NCBI GenBank assembly: GCA_040954595.2
Contig: CM082576.2
Location: forward strand, 8,745,129-8,809,128
DNA length: 64,000 nucleotides
Source of the DNA: Balanoglossus misakiensis
Lineage: Eukaryota; Animalia; Hemichordata
Direction: 5' to 3'
Part shown: in pieces, positions 39,125 to 54,431 of the stretch
How the letters are laid out: each line of letters begins with the position of its first letter
Numbering within the stretch: the stretch's first letter is position 1
The notes under the pieces: generated by a model
What the model was told of the DNA's origin: nothing
Seen by the model: the letters and a program-made list of their open reading frames with translations, nothing else
Databases searched by the model: none
Translations under genes and position numbers: made by a program

Positions 39125-42100
39125 GTTAGTACGTGTACTACTACTAGTATATACCAATTATGTGTTGTGCGCATGTGCGCGGAAAGGGGGGAAATTGCCG
39201 GTTTATTTGATAAAGCACGGTACAGACGATAAGTTTGTAACGCCAGAAAGTCGACAGAAATACCATTGCCACTTAAAAACTGGGGCAAAAACTTTAATAG
39301 GAGGGACTTTCCGAATTTCTGTGTTCGCGGTAAAGATAATTCAAGACCAGGAAGGAAATAAGACCGGCATTGGTCGGAGGAAAGGAATTCGAGATCTGGC
39401 ACGCTATACGGACATATCTCTGTGGCTATGTTTTACAAGTAAACGTAAAATTGTTTAAGTGTCCATTTAAGTCTATCACAAGCCATGCTCCATTCACTGG
39501 TATTGGTAAAGCGTGGCAGCGGTAACTGACGGCATGCGGGCGGATTTGTATACCCTTTTTTCATAACACCCGCGCCGGTAGGCTGTTGATTGGCTTCGTG
39601 ATGCCGGCCGGAGCCTCTGGTCTTCACTTCAAGGAAGGGGTGTCGAATTCGTGACAGGCTCGTGCTCTGACGGTGTCACGACTGAAGACTTACAAAGACT
39701 GTAAAAACTAATCCGTGAATCTCGAGTGGTGGGGGTGTCGATTGCTACTTTCTCAATAGTGGCACTTGACGCCAAGGCGGAGTTTTGTCCCGATTGATAC
39801 CAAACCAACATGGCACCCCTCAGAAAAATCGATTCGCCCAGTCAACAGCTGAAAACATTTCGTAACGGGCGGCGTGGTTTTTATAACTGGCGCAATGAGA
39901 GTCATTTGAGCGAGTTCAACCCCAAAACGGCCAACCTGTAGTATGAACCAGAAATAAGGGTATTACATTTGTGCACGAGAGCGGAAATAAATGGGGGGGG
40001 GGGGGGGGAATTCAGTTATAAAGTTCACTATTAACTTTAAATTCGTGTTCTCACCGAATGGGGGGAGGGGGGGTTACATGACGAGGCACTGGGACACTGT
40101 ATGACAGGCAATAGACTCTAGGGTCTATGGACAGGCCCGAAATAATGAATTCATTCATTACGCAAGATATGGTAAAATAAATGACGTTTGCGAGTTTCAG
40201 GACACACGCAATGCCATATGACGAACATACCTTCATTTTTGTTGCTTAATTATGTGGCGATATCGTCAAAATGGCCCGAAATTACAAGCATTTAAAGTTC
40301 AACGCGTGGGGACAAAAAAAAACGTGGGAACGTAAATATAATTACGTTTTGCTACGCGAAATTTACCAGAGTCAAATAAGTAATGTCAACTGGGGGTAAT
40401 TTAACTAAACCGACTTAAAAAACATCAATGGTATTTCTTCAACTTTCACGGCAGAGTTTAATTTTCGCTATAGAACAAATGTCACTTAGAAGAATGGATA
40501 TGCCGACTGGAGATTGCTGTTTCTACGTCAAACTGCGTTTACGCCTACTCGAATGCATTCAGGAGTCTTAATTACAAATTGATCGACTGGCTGAATGAGA
40601 GGCAGTACGTCCCCTCTCCTGGAATTTACACATATTTCGGGCAGCGTTTGCCCTTCAAGTGACACGACAAGAAACCTTTCGTGCGTGCGTGCGAGTCGAT
40701 GGTGTTTCCCCCCCCCCCCCCCGAGCCTCCCCCGTCACAAGTGAAACTGCGGGGGGGGGGAGGAGGATCCGGGAATCGACTCGCAGAAATATGCATATTC
40801 ATATAAAGCGGGTACCAAGACACTCTACTATAAGTACATGTACAAACGCACTTGGGCGGGGGGTGAGCGGACCAGTGTGGGAGGGGGTGTATACGCGAAA
40901 ATGGAAGAAAATAAGAAAAAACAGCAAACTTTTATTCTTCTTCGCATTTTCGTATTTGGTCCAACACAAGTAAAAAGCGATAAATTTTTGGCTAATGCCA
41001 TTTTTTATACAAGTGTGAAGAAAATCCACCTCGACCAGTTTCAGCTTCGTTATTTGTGTACATTCGCGTTTTATAAGAGAGGAATTATTGGAACCGTAGA
41101 CCACATAACGGCGCGGATGAAAAACGCCGCGCACTCGCCGAGTCGTCGACATTTAACCTGTTCAAACGTAACTTAGTCATTTTTTTCTTTATCAAACCCA
41201 CAACCAACTTTTTATGTCTGACTATAGATGGGTCCATAAAACGGAACGGCTACAAGAAACGTGGCAGCATGCCCTGCGTGTGACGCGAACGACGCAGTCG
41301 GCCGTCTCCAGGCATCAAAGCGCACCGCGCGCCTCTCCGTCACGTTTTCGTACGTGAGATTTACCAACATAACGAACCGATAGAAATAGTTGATCTAAAG
41401 GTGAAACCATCTTTCACCCCGTAACACACATGTGCGACGTCTCACTTCAAAGTTGCTCATTTGACAAAATCCGTGACCCTGTCAGTTTAAATTTTCGATA
41501 GAAATTTTATGATCCACAACGGGCTAAATTTCTGCTAAAACTGTCAGGTCTACCACGTTAAGATTTGACAGTTTACTACAAATGGATCAGGTAATAGCAT
41601 CAGCAACGGACTAACGGATTACTTAATCTGCTAATCCTAAGTTCACAGTACAAATACATGATTCGTGAAAACATTTCAATGACAACTGGCCTCGAAACAT
41701 ATTATCCACCCATCCTTAGCTAGATATATCTAGCTGTCTATACTTATCCCCTCCCTCTGTCTCATTCTGTCCACGTACCCATCCCTTCACCATCCCTCTG
41801 TCTCTCCCAATCGTACTTTTCCTAATTACCGGCACGGGCCAGATGAACAAAAGGATGTGGCTTTTTGGGTGTTAAGATATATTACTAAAGCATGCGCCAT
41901 AAGTTGCCAAAAAATGCAGCATTAGGATCCGTAAATAGGAAACGGTGACGCAAAACAGTGGTTTATGAGTTATGGATAGAGGGAGGAAGTTTGTCTCGTT
42001 AATGAGAAAATGTGCAACGTGCGACCATATGAACCAACGGTGCCATCGACTCTGATTTGCCGTATGAACGTACACTGCTTGAAGGATTTCCTTTATCAAA

Positions 42101-43296
42101 AGACATAAGTGAGCCAGACAGTGGCCAAGATAGTGTTGATAGTCAAGTCTTGATGTCTTCCTATTGCAGTGCCAATGAGAAAATAGGGATCGAACTGTCA
42201 ATATTTATCCAGGACCGGCCAAATTGCAAGCCCGAGGATGTGGGCAAGTTTTTTTTTATAAGCGATCTATCAGGTGGATCAGTTGTTGAATTACTTGTGT
42301 CATTTGGTTGACACGGTTGCGTCCTGTTCGGTGAAGCTTCCATCCTCACTTCAAGTGTATTTGTTCCTTCGAAAATCTGTTTCTTCCGCTGCACCCTCCC
42401 CCCTCCCTGTCTTCTGCCGGCACATCGCTTCCTGTCGAATACTTATCCGACAAAGAAAAGAAAAGAAAAGAAAATCGACAGGTACCCAAAACAACAAACC
42501 CGAAAGCTTTGATGCCAGTATCCGAAATATTTGCACCGGGGCCTGTATACAGTTGGAATGTGGGTTATAGTTAAAGAAATTCCCCCACGTAGACGGGCAA
42601 CTACACTACGACCGTCGCTTTGTTTATTCGTGTGGCTGCACGACTTCATTCACTAATGAAAGAAGTTTAGAACGGCAACATTTCTCGGGCGGCACGCCAC
42701 ATTATTGAATTAGTCATACTGTTTAATGCTATAGATCACGTACTTGCACAAATTTACTCACACAATTACGACATTTTCGTCAGCGATCCGTCACAGTGAA
42801 AGTGGGTCACGCGCATTGATTATACCCCATTCGGCGCACGTCCCTTCTCGTCACAGAATATGTGTCATGCTGCTGAGTGTATTAGTACATTCATCAGTGC
42901 ACATGCAGCACTTAACATATGAAACCAATTCCCAATACCGATTATGATTAAAGCCACTTCAACCTTCGGTATTTAATTCAGACGAGGCCCTTTCCATGCA
43001 TGCCAACTGCACTGTTTTATGACATTTCTTCATATAGATTTTTTTGAGTGATAAGCTTACATATTGAAAGTATACTTCTGCTGATAGGGGTCTCACGTTG
43101 AATGCGATGTAGGTTAATCGTTGGCCGCATTGGGCCAGGGATGACTCAGGTATACACGGTGACTCAATCATAATAATCGATTTTGTCCAATAATCTATCG
43201 CACAGATAATTAAGCTCTATACGTGCACTTTTGCGATAATAACGGGTGCAATGGTGCACGAAACTTCTAGCCTTGCGGTGGTGGTGGTATTGGTGG

Positions 43297-43507
<211 letters not shown>

Positions 43508-43536
43508 TTAACAAATCTTTTTTTTCGAAATTGCAG

Positions 43537-44505
43537 GTATTGTGACGGCAGATTATGGGGAAACTTGGAAAACTCAGCGCAAATTTACACTGAAGACGCT
43601 CAGAGAATTCGGTATGGGTCGACCGGCCATGGAAAAGAACATCGCCGCTGAGATGGAGTGTCTCACCGCGGCCTTCAACGAGAAGAACCTGCAGCCGTTC
43701 GAGGTGGACACGTATCTGCAGGTGAGCATCGCCAACATCGTCTGCTCGGTGGCGTTCGGCTCCCGCTACGAGTACGGCGACCCACAGCTGTTGACGCTGC
43801 TTCACCTGGTCGACAGGTTCTGCGAGATCGGCACCGCCGCCACCGTGGTGAACTTCTTCCCGCTCCTCAAGTACATGCCGTTCGGCCCCATCAGGGAGGT
43901 GTTCACCAACAACGAGGTGATGACCCAGTACGTCAAGGCGGTCATCCGGCAGCACGGCGACACCGTCGACTACAACCGGCCGCGGGACTTCATCGACGCC
44001 TACATGGCCGAAATCCAGAAGCAGAACAACAACGTCGCCAGCAAGGAGGAGACGTCGTTCAACGAAGAGTACCTCTTCTACCTGCTGAACGACCTGTTCT
44101 TCGCCGGCACCGAAACCATGAGCGTCACCATGCGCTGGGCCATCCTCTACATGATCGCCTTCCCCGACATCCAGACGAGGGTCCAGGACGAGATTCGCCA
44201 AGCGGTCGGCGGCGAGCGCCTGCCCACGCTCGCCGACAAGCCCAACCTGCCGTACACGGAGGCGACGATGCTCGAAATCCAGCGGATGGCCAACATCACT
44301 GCCCTGACGTTCCCGCATAAGACTCTGGAGGATGTCGATCTGTACGGTCACGTCATCCCAAAGGACACCACTATCTTCGTGAATTTGTACTCCGTCCATG
44401 TGGACGAGACACAGTGGCCGGAGCCTCACAAGTTCGACCCGTGCAGGTTTCTTGATGAGAGCGGCCGAGTGAAATCCAACCCAGCGCTACTCACATTTTC
44501 AGCAG
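43537..44505 (+). CDS. Cytochrome P450 clan 2, coding exon 2
   Basis: WKTQR C-helix, PRDFIDAY, I-helix AGTET, K-helix EIQR, FDPCRF meander; 969 nt, phase 1/1; ends at a GC donor CAG|gcaagt. Confidence 0.95.
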
Positions 44506-44521
44506 GCAAGTTTCTTTGCAC

Positions 44522-44585
<64 letters not shown>
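44522..44585. repeat. (ATCA)n microsatellite
   Basis: Read directly; CYP intron 2. Confidence 0.97.
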
Positions 44586-44783
44586 GCCATACACATTTTG
44601 TTTTTCCATGCATGCACACACTGTTTATGTAATCCAGCTGAAACAAAGAAAGAACAAAAGTATATTATTATTACTTAGAATATTGTTCCACCATGCATTT
44701 GTGCCTTATAATTCAGTATGTACTTCATCGCTGTTACAGTTTTTGAACTAAATTAATCGTGACTTGTATTTTCCTTTCGCCAG

Positions 44784-44980
44784 GTCGGAGACGTTGCCCG
44801 GGAGAAGAGCTTGCACGATCCGAACTCTTCCTCTTCTTCACGGGACTTCTACAGCGCTTCACCTTCCAGAATCCCGAAGGCAGTCCACCTCCGACACTCG
44901 AGAAACTCTTCGGCATAAGCTTGGTGCCACATCCGTACAAAGTTGTGGCCGTGCCGCGGAAAACAGACCTTCAGGCTTAA
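44784..44980 (+). CDS. Cytochrome P450 clan 2, coding exon 3 (heme-binding cysteine, stop)
   Basis: Acceptor ttcgccag; splicing restores FSAGRRRCPGEELARSELFLFF. Confidence 0.95.
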
Positions 44981-47900
44981 GCTTTCCCTTGCCACTTTTC
45001 AGAAGAAGAAAAAAACAACACACCAACATTTTTATTATTTATTACTCTATTTATTACTAATTTAAAAGATCTGAAATATTTCATCAGTCATATCAAACAT
45101 TTGTATGTCTATATATAGAAATTCTAGTGTCTCTCAATTTGCTGGAACAACTATTTATAAATGGATTAAGTGAAGTACTTTAACATTTCAATACCTAGTT
45201 ATATTATCAGAGATATCAAATTTTATCGACAGACATCACTTTTGTATATAACACTTTGTACGTGTAAGCAATACGGTATATACGACCCCAGAGGTTCACA
45301 TTGCAACGTTGTGATGCACGCATCTTTCGCCAGGTTTCAATGTGGCATTAATTTGTTTCCAAAGCAGGTGAAATTTCAAACACTTAGTGTGTAGATGACT
45401 GATATCACAAGTATTGGGGGGAAAGTGTCCTATAAATGGGATCGCTTGCGTGGCTCTCAAAATTTGTAAATACGTGTACCCAACTGTATTAAGAAACAAA
45501 TACTTTCATGATAAACACTGCAGTGTAACAGATCTGATGACAGATCTAGATCATTTTTACAAAAAAAACGTCTGGTCTATTTCCATTTTTTTCTGTGCTG
45601 TTTAAAGTCTCAGAAAGCAAAAACAAGTCGAAGGCCGTGCAGCAATACAGGATAGAGGTCCGACATTCCTTTCGTGTGATATCAGTAAAGGTGGTGAGAA
45701 ATGTTGACACAGACGAAGCAGGCAGGTGTCCTGCATCGTGTCATGTTACTCTCTGATTGGCACTCGGCAATGTGTCAGTATCACATTTACAAGCATTTTT
45801 CAAAAACCAAAGATTGTGAGTTACGCAGCATTACAGCTCTCTCTGGTCTTACAGATTGTCATCAAATTAAATGGGGGTTTCATTTACATTTATATGTACA
45901 TTGCAGTATTCAATGCAAAGTTTAACATATTTCTGTTCAACAGAACCGTACATGCCGCACGTTTGCAAACCTGGCACAAGAATCTTTAGTCTATTTTTCG
46001 TCAAATATAAATAAATTCTTTATATTTTCGTTTATTCAAAGAAGCTGCTTAGATCGCTGGTTTCCTCAAGATCTTCACGGCCAGATGTATTCTTTTTTGT
46101 CACCAATTTGACAATAATATGTGTTTGGAAAGATTACATTAATCTCATTATTTTTTTATGGCTGACATGAGTGTCAAGGTGGCTGGTGTATTCCTGAAAA
46201 CACCCTCAGGAATCGACTGAAGATCTTGTGATGTGGATAAAATACGTCACATGCCAAAGATGGACCAGGTGTCTTATAGTGACGAGACAATACGACAGTG
46301 GTTAAAGTTTTATGCACGAGTCCCGCTTACTTTTTATGGGACTCGTGTGTCTTGAGCTGTCAGGTTTTTCGCAGAACATCTGTATATTTCAGTTCATATT
46401 AATTGATCTCCAGTCAGCAGAGAATGAGAAAGATCTCGAGTCATCTCAGCTATGCCTATACAGAAAAGAAAAAAAGAAACCGTGCAGCAAAACAGTGTGA
46501 CAGACGAAGTGTAGATGTACTTTTATGTAGAGTTCACTCAGGGGTCGCACTGTTAGGCGTGTGCGCATAAACATGTGTTGGCGCAGGGTGTCTGCGAATC
46601 AGGACAAAAGTCAAATGCAGGCCAGTGTGTTCTTTCTCCTGAACAGCATTCAGCAGAAAATTCACAATCCGGGCGGATAAACCTGGCAAACGTTAGCTGT
46701 TCGTTTCTTTTTTAGAAAGGAGTGAGCAAAAACCACATTAGAAAACGCCGAAACGGTTTTCGTAGAGGGCCTACGCCCTGATTGATGGTGTTAAAGTATG
46801 TACACCGTTCACAACAGATCGTGAAATGGATGGAGTATGGAGTTGAAATGCGAGGAATTCTTGGCAGGGATGAGGGGTAACTTGATGAAAGCCAGATAGC
46901 CAAGCAATGCCAAGAAGTAGGTCACACACTTCAGCTAAGATACATTTGTATAAAAGTGAACCACTTGCTTAATACTTCTGGTCTAGTTGATGAATAAAGT
47001 ATGTTTAAAGGGAAAATGAAAGAAATTGTCTCCTGGTGCTTGAATATCCACACAGACATATTAAAGGAAATCCACATTGAAATCTTGTTACTGTCATTGG
47101 CAAACACAGAATTTCGGAGGCTGTTTTTTGTAATCGGACACCTTCTGGTTGCGTGAACTGTGCTAAAATTAGCAACCCCTCCCCCACAAAAAATACTAGG
47201 AAAAAAACAACACGTGGAAACGGCAGCTATTCTTGGCATCAATTGCGTTTAAACACCATTCAACCACTGGTGATTTCACGTTAACGATTGCCAATATGAC
47301 TTCCGTAGTCAGGATGCGTAGTTCCCCCGATCTAGGACGTCTGTTGAGTCAATGGGGAGTTTTTATATCTTGATGGATGATAACTGATATAATCTTCCAT
47401 TCCACACTCAATGTACGATGATCCGAACGGGTGAACGTATTTGCCATGTCTTTTAATCTTTCAAAATCTACTTTTTAAGTGTTCTCAAAAGGGTCACCAC
47501 TCCAGTTTATGCAATTCAAGGCTGTGAATTTAACTAATAATGGTTTTAAAAAATGCTGAGTCAGCATATTTTCATCAATGGCTTTTGTATGGGCCAAAAC
47601 ATGTTTCATCTCAAAATTAAGCGCTGTGACCATATGATTTCATCTGAGGAATGTATTTAATTTCTTTTGACTGAGCTATGTGCAAAATTTCACGAAAATG
47701 ACAACAACAGAAGTGAGCTTCCTGACATATTTTCAATGTAATCCAATGGGAAATAGACAAATGTCATGTTCTTATAGATGATGAACAGAACTACAAAGAT
47801 AATTGTGCATAATCACCGACGGAACCCACACACCATTTCAATTTCATTAACACCGGGCAGTTTAATTAAGCCAAAGTACTGGCTGACTAATATCACTTTC

Positions 47901-48829
47901 CATTTGAAAAAAAGTAAGTACAGTAGGCGACAATGACACAATACCCACTTGTAAATTAATGCATTTAGGTTGAATCTTACGAATAGGACGGAAGCACGCC
48001 TGGAATGAAAGAGTGCCAAAAAGAAGCCTATCAATGGAAAAGGTCGCTGACAGTGCATTGCAGGGACCAGGGAAATGCCGATTGCATAACAGTTTCTACA
48101 GAAAGATCCCCCCAGTAGACTCAGACTGTTGTTCTGGCTTATTTACATGTACGTCATTCGTCTCTTGTGGGGGGTCCTTTTTCTCCTCTCTGTCTCTTTT
48201 GAAAGCTTGCATAGAACATGAAGTTTGTCATCTGAATATTAGCTTACACAAAATGTCCAGTTTTTCATCTTCAAAATATACATCCGCCTGGTGCAGGTGC
48301 AACTCAGGGCCACTCCCACTGGCTGCAAAAGCTGCCACCCTCGCAAGTGACAATTGTTCTTTGCTGCATGGGTAGGGGTCAAATACTTAAAATCAGTGTA
48401 AAATTAGCTAATAATTAACAGATTGTCCACACATATCAGCCTTTAATATGCATATTTTGAGAACACTAACATCAGCTACTCTTCATGTACAAAGGCTAAA
48501 ATGTGAATGAATTGACTATATACTGACATCATTTGCACACACAAAAATTACATGACATAGCAACATGTACTTTCTATTATTTATACTATTTAATTTTCTT
48601 CCATGAAGAAATAATTGAACATACTAAGGCATTTGAAGACATGCATTGTAAGAATAAAATTACAGAACAGATGTATATCTGGTGAATTTTGGATGAGTGC
48701 TGTTCTGCTATTGAGTTGACGAAAAGCCTGCAGATATCTCATCATTGTGCATGATGGTTTTACAAATACGAGTTGCTTGCCTTCGACAGAATATTGATCA
48801 GACTTCCCCCTGGACAGAATTTCGATTAA

Positions 48830-49147
48830 GGTAGATTATGCCTTGGAAATGCGAATCTTAAACTTTTTCTCACATTTCGCTCAAGGAAACATCAGATTAT
48901 TCTCTCATATTGAGAACAAAAATAGGGGGGTAATCGCGCGCAATTTTGAATGAGAGAGCGAAATTTTCTCAAATTTGAAGTTCAAAATGGCCGCCAATCT
49001 CTGTGACTTATTCTATGTGAACACCATGTTTTCTTCTTGGTTTTCAAAAAGACTCCTTGCGCACTTTAATATAGTTTGAATATAACACAGAATTGAATGG
49101 TTTGAATATCTCTTTTCTGAAAATTTGTCCCTGAGGTGCATCCTACC
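48830..49147. mobile_element. MITE with TTAA target site (Kolobok-like)
   Basis: ttaa|GGTAGATTATGCCT ... AGGTGCATCCTACC|ttaa: imperfect TIRs, TTAA on both sides, no ORF. Confidence 0.7.
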
Positions 49148-52033
49148 TTAAAGGGACTGCGAACTCATGATATACTGTAGTTTTTTCGTGGTCAACTAGG
49201 TCACAGATTCAGATTTGTGCTGATGATGTACTGTAAATCACTGTCAGCACATTTACAAGTTTATCCACAACTGCTCTAGCGGCATGAGTCACTGTTCATG
49301 ACTTCTCTGAAGCAGTCTCATCACACACACGTGGTACGCATAATTGTACTCGAACAACCCGGTACAATTAGTGAAGGTAGTACCGACTGCACTTCAGCAC
49401 ACATCAATGGAAAGAAATTTAACAGCCATGCTCTGCCTCTGATCAGAATTTGAATTTCTGAAAAACAGAATATGATTAAAAGGGGTAGTTGACTTGATAT
49501 TTATCATAGGGTACTTCATTCGAAAAAGACTTCTTTCCTTCGTGAATTCTTGAAAACAGGTAACGTAATGCTGCTTTAATATAATTATGTGAGCCAGGAC
49601 TGATGTGTCTGAGGATTTCTATTTTCAGGAGAGAAATAACTGATAGTCCAATTACCGAAGAATGAGTCTTTAAAGTGGTTGACTTGCATGGGGCTTTAAA
49701 TTGTTTGACTCATCCATGAGAGAAATCTATTTATATGAAATGAAACATTAACACCTTTTTTATATATAATTGGGACATGATGACAGCTTCTTTTAAACAA
49801 TAAATTGGGACATGACACGGTTACTAACCGTGGACATGATGACTAATGTCAAGATGTGATAAATCCAAACACAAGAACATTGTGAAGATTAGCCAAGAAT
49901 ACGTTAACATTTGAAAATCCAGAATTGGTAATAACATAGCTAAATCATTCAGTATTGGGGTGTGTGTCATATTACCCGCTAGTGCAAATCTCTGAAAAAA
50001 GCAAGGCACTCTATTCAATCTATGACTGCCCGTTAAGCTTTTAAAACTGCATTTCGTGTATTTTACAGTTGATTAAAGTGAACAAGCTTAAAAATAGACG
50101 TGACGACACAGGGCTTTTTATCATGCAAATACTTTTACTCCACTGATGAATGAAAACTGATGATGTCTATTTTCCACGCCAATATGTTGAAGTGGGGAGT
50201 ATCAGCAGATGCTGAATAAGAACGTCATTTGCTAAATTATCTTTCTTTTTATAGACGACACATGCATTGATGAGCTCCTCCATTCAAAGTTTTCATGAAT
50301 ATTTCAGGCACTACACGAAAATGTGTTATAATATTATGACACAACCTTCACAAACAGGCTGTTATTCACTGTCCAGCCTTTATATCTCTTACATCTTGCA
50401 AGTGAATAAACATTCATCTGCAGATTTCATGGTTGGATATGCACATCTTACGGATAAACACTCAAGTGGACATAATTTTCTATTGTCTGTTTGGGAAAAA
50501 TGTAGATTAACAATTTTTGACTATGGCGTCAAAAGAGTTAATAGCACTGCATGGAAAATCAATACCAACAAATACCTTCAGTGTGTTCAATAGCATGCTT
50601 TATTTTGCAGTCATATGAGAAGTTCAAAACCTGATAATAATTTAATGAAAAGGAAACTTGACAATGCTGAATTTAGGACTTGTAAAGATACAAGTTAAAT
50701 AGACTTCAGTTCTTGTGTGTGGCACAAGAAATATTTACAACACAATCTACATGTATGGTATCAAGCCTTCATTAATATCTTTATTTTTCAGATGTAACTG
50801 ATCTAAACCGTCTAATCTGACCTTTACATGTATATTTGCCCTTTCACTTTCAGTACTTGTAAAAGCAGCCCTAGCCTTACTCATTGCAGCCCCCCAAAAA
50901 TATGAAATCTGCCCAAAGATTTCAAAGACTTTCTAAAATGTCTGTCTGACGCTTTTCTACTTCATACTGAATATACCTCACATTTATGGCATTTGCTCAA
51001 CAACAAGAAAATAACCATAGTTAGATGCTGGAAGGAAAATATTAATCTCCATGATGATATAATATGCAAACTTGCTTAAATCTTGTGACAGGTTTCACGA
51101 GGATTACACCAGAACTGCCTTCAGACGTTGACTTGAGCTTTTCAGACGTTTTTCCGACGCACATGAAAAATTCACGCAGAGACCGCGGGGTTTGTCGGGA
51201 AGTCATGTTTGCTCCCAATGTTCCAGTTACGTTGCCTTATTAAATTATGATCCTGAAAAAAGCCTTTCCTGTCAAACAATTCAAAGCGCACTTAATGGGG
51301 ATGTCTGGCGCTCTGATGTATTTGACGCAATCTCGATCGCCGGCCGCACAGGCAAGAAATACATGTCCCCATTGTGTGCGGGGCACGCTGTGACGACATG
51401 CCACTGTGCACACACTTGCTAAGGCGTTTGCGTCACAAATTGCGGTTCTTCTTGTAACAGGCAATGAGTCACTTTAACTGACTGACGTCATCAAAGCCGA
51501 ACCGCTGAACGAACGCGTCATCGCGTACTTTGCATCACTTGAAGTCCGTCATACTTTTTTTTTGAAACACCACTTGTTGTGGGGCATCAACTTGTGGATT
51601 CCACATCCAATGACATCACTTCCCCCCGCCAGCAGCACAAATTGATTCGCCATATCCTTGTTCCTGTTGCAGTTTCTGATCAAACGCTGCGCCCGGCCCT
51701 CACCGCATTGTCAGTCTTCATTCCGTCTAAACGTCATTTCCCGCGTAACGTCTGGATCGCAATGCTAGCCCACCGCAATTACAGAAGCCTAAATTGTTCA
51801 TTAAATTAGAAAAATGACGTTTCACATCCGATGACCGAGAAACGAAATGGAGCAACCCACTTCAGTACACTCAAACTCAAAAGGTCTGGTCGACCGCCCA
51901 GGTTATGAAATTCTGAATAAAGAATCTGACAATGTGATCTGGGTCCCGTAATAACAGGCACAGAGTTACTCACAAAAAGGGGGCATGTCTTGTGCCCCAC
52001 ACAATTCTTGTCAGAATATTCCTCCTCTGATTA

Positions 52034-52075
52034 TCAGTTGAATTTCTTCTTTGTGGCGGTGTACCTTTCCATGTA
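52034..52075 (-). CDS. LRRC57: LRRC57 last exon (YMERYTATKKKFN*)
   Basis: 42 nt, acceptor ccacag; highly conserved LRRC57 tail. Confidence 0.93.
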   Translation of the reverse strand, partial: YMERYTATKKKFN

Positions 52076-52666
52076 CTGTGGAGACACAATTAATAAAGAG
52101 GGCGTTCGTTACGAGGATCATAAATCAGGGAAAAACCGAAAATAGAAAAGTGTGACTCAAAACATGTAATCAAAAGATAAAACATCCGGATCACTCTCTC
52201 GGGTCGGACAAATTCCTCACAATGACGCAGGTCTTGCCTTTAATCCCCATTCCCCCTCTCTTTATCGTAATAACGCCGCCATTCCCTGATCACGTTTTTT
52301 GTGAAAGTAAATGTGTCAAGAAAATAGAGGTAATTTTTCATGGGATAATTTCCTCTGCAGTGAGGTGTAATAATTCAGAATTAAGTTTGCAGAAGTCAAT
52401 ATTTTAATAGCCCTGATATATAACGTGGGTAGTCGGCAAAAGAAGTATAAATGACGGTTGCATATAAAGAACTAAATTGTAAATCTATCAAACTATTTAG
52501 CCACATCACCGAGTAATAAAATATGTTTTCTTTTCATATCAGTACATGTACATGTGCATCGAAGCAGCACTCCGTATTTGTACTCTTCATTAAAACTCAT
52601 GACTATTATCCTCTAATGTTCAGTATTTGACGTTTCAAGGGTAAAAAATTGGTAGAATTTCTGTAC

Positions 52667-52852
52667 CTTATCGTAACCTTCCATGTGATGAAACTTCTTC
52701 ATTTCAAAGAGATTTCCGTCCAACGAGAGCAGAGACACCTGCGAATCGGTAAGCAGCTTGGTTGGGATGGAGTCAGCCTGCAGACAGTTCTCCTCTATCC
52801 TCAGAACCTTCAACCGAGGACACTGGGCAAGACACTCCGATATCCTGGAAAT
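52667..52852 (-). CDS. LRRC57: LRRC57 penultimate exon (ISRISECLAQCPRLKVLRIEENCL...EGYDK)
   Basis: 186 nt, phase 0/0. Confidence 0.95.
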
Positions 52853-54287
52853 CTGGAAAGAAAAAAAAAACGGAATCCTCAGATTGGGGATTGACATGGT
52901 TAGTAATCTCTTGCAAAATGCTAATGCTTCTTTGCGAGACGATGTCGTCTTTGAATTTTTTCTACATCATTTCCAGGTTGGTTTAAGAGAGGGAATCTCT
53001 TTTCTTTACGTTAGCCTAGCCGTTGATAAATGCACTGACTGCGTCTCAATCAAAGGAAACGTTCTTACAGTTGAAAGCTGAATGGACACTTGAATTGGAG
53101 TTTAATTTTCTCAGCTACCACCCTGAAGTGCCACTTTTAATTCCCTCCCCTCTCTCGGTTCACAATGAGAATGGTAAATTTCATTCCTCATTCAGCTGCA
53201 ATCAAAGTGCACTGAACACTCAGCGTGACGAATGGCTTTTTATAAAGTTGGATTGATCACAAGATTGAGGCGATTTACTTTTAAATGGGGAATAACTATT
53301 GGGCAAACACTTAAAACAAGACGTCTAAAGGCCAACAATTGTTATGGTCTATCAGTATGTTGAAATCAATTGAAAACACAACACAGCATTAACTCACATA
53401 GCAAGGTATAATGCAGCAACTGATATTACCGACTGGATGCCTGCAGTAGCCTCTCTCTTTATGGGGAAAAAGTCACTATCATTTGACATAAATTTGGTTA
53501 TTTTATTTTGATAGGTTATAAGTTGCTCTATTCAATGAAACATTGATCTGTTGTCATGGCCGATTTCACAAACTAAACATGAACATTATACATTAATACT
53601 TCCATCTTTTCATTTTTGGTCAGTACCAAAAATTATATATTGCAGATGCATTCTCATGTTAGTACCTATGTACAGATTGTGGACTGGGTTGTAACTGTTC
53701 ATTTGGCATGTTTCACTGGGAATTATGTCAAACAATGTGTATAGACACACAATCACTTTAAAAACTGTACACTATTCTTCTGTCTGCAAAACATACAGTG
53801 ATATAACTCACACTTCAAGGTGCGTTAATACAATACTCCACATGTTTAACCGAGTGGTGTTGGTTTATGTGTTGTTCTATGCCCCATTCATCACACCGCC
53901 ACATTTTTCTTTCTTTCTTTATTTTCTTATCGGAACTGATGTCACAAGTAACCTTGCATTGTCTGGCTTGCTTCAGGCACAAAGGCTCAGTTACATGATT
54001 AACTCTTTATGGAATCCCGACCACTGCAGACAGTCACTCAGAAGAATGTCAGAAATTTAATTATGTACTATTTTATTCTGTGGCAAAAAAAACCTGTATA
54101 TTTTCTTTGTTTAATGGCACAAGTATTTCTTTTTATTAAAAGAGCTACTTTATCAATTGTTATTTATAAAGGGCATGCACTCTATGACTCTGCCAAATCC
54201 TGTCTGAATGAAATACTCAAATCAATGTGATATGACAAGAAAAACTAAAAGAAGTTGGCATTCATTATGTACTGATAGGCACGTAAT

Positions 54288-54431
54288 CACATGTAAAACA
54301 CCTATTAAGCCTTTAATGCGATATTCAATTTTCCCTTCTTTTAAATCAATTATTGAAAGCACATGTTAAACACCTATTAAGCTTTTATTGTGATATTTAA
54401 TTTTCGCTTCTTTTAAATAAATTATTGAAAG
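54288..54431. repeat. Two-copy 72-bp tandem duplication
   Basis: CACATGT(A/T)AAACACCTATTAAGC...ATTATTGAAAG occurs twice, starting at 54288 and 54360, with several mismatches. Confidence 0.85.

Noticed and set aside
35995-41282. Several TNGCGTG (AhR/XRE-like) words around the P450
   Set aside because: The number seen is about what chance gives in CpG-rich DNA, and the enzyme has the CYP2-type AGTET rather than the CYP1-type AGFDT.
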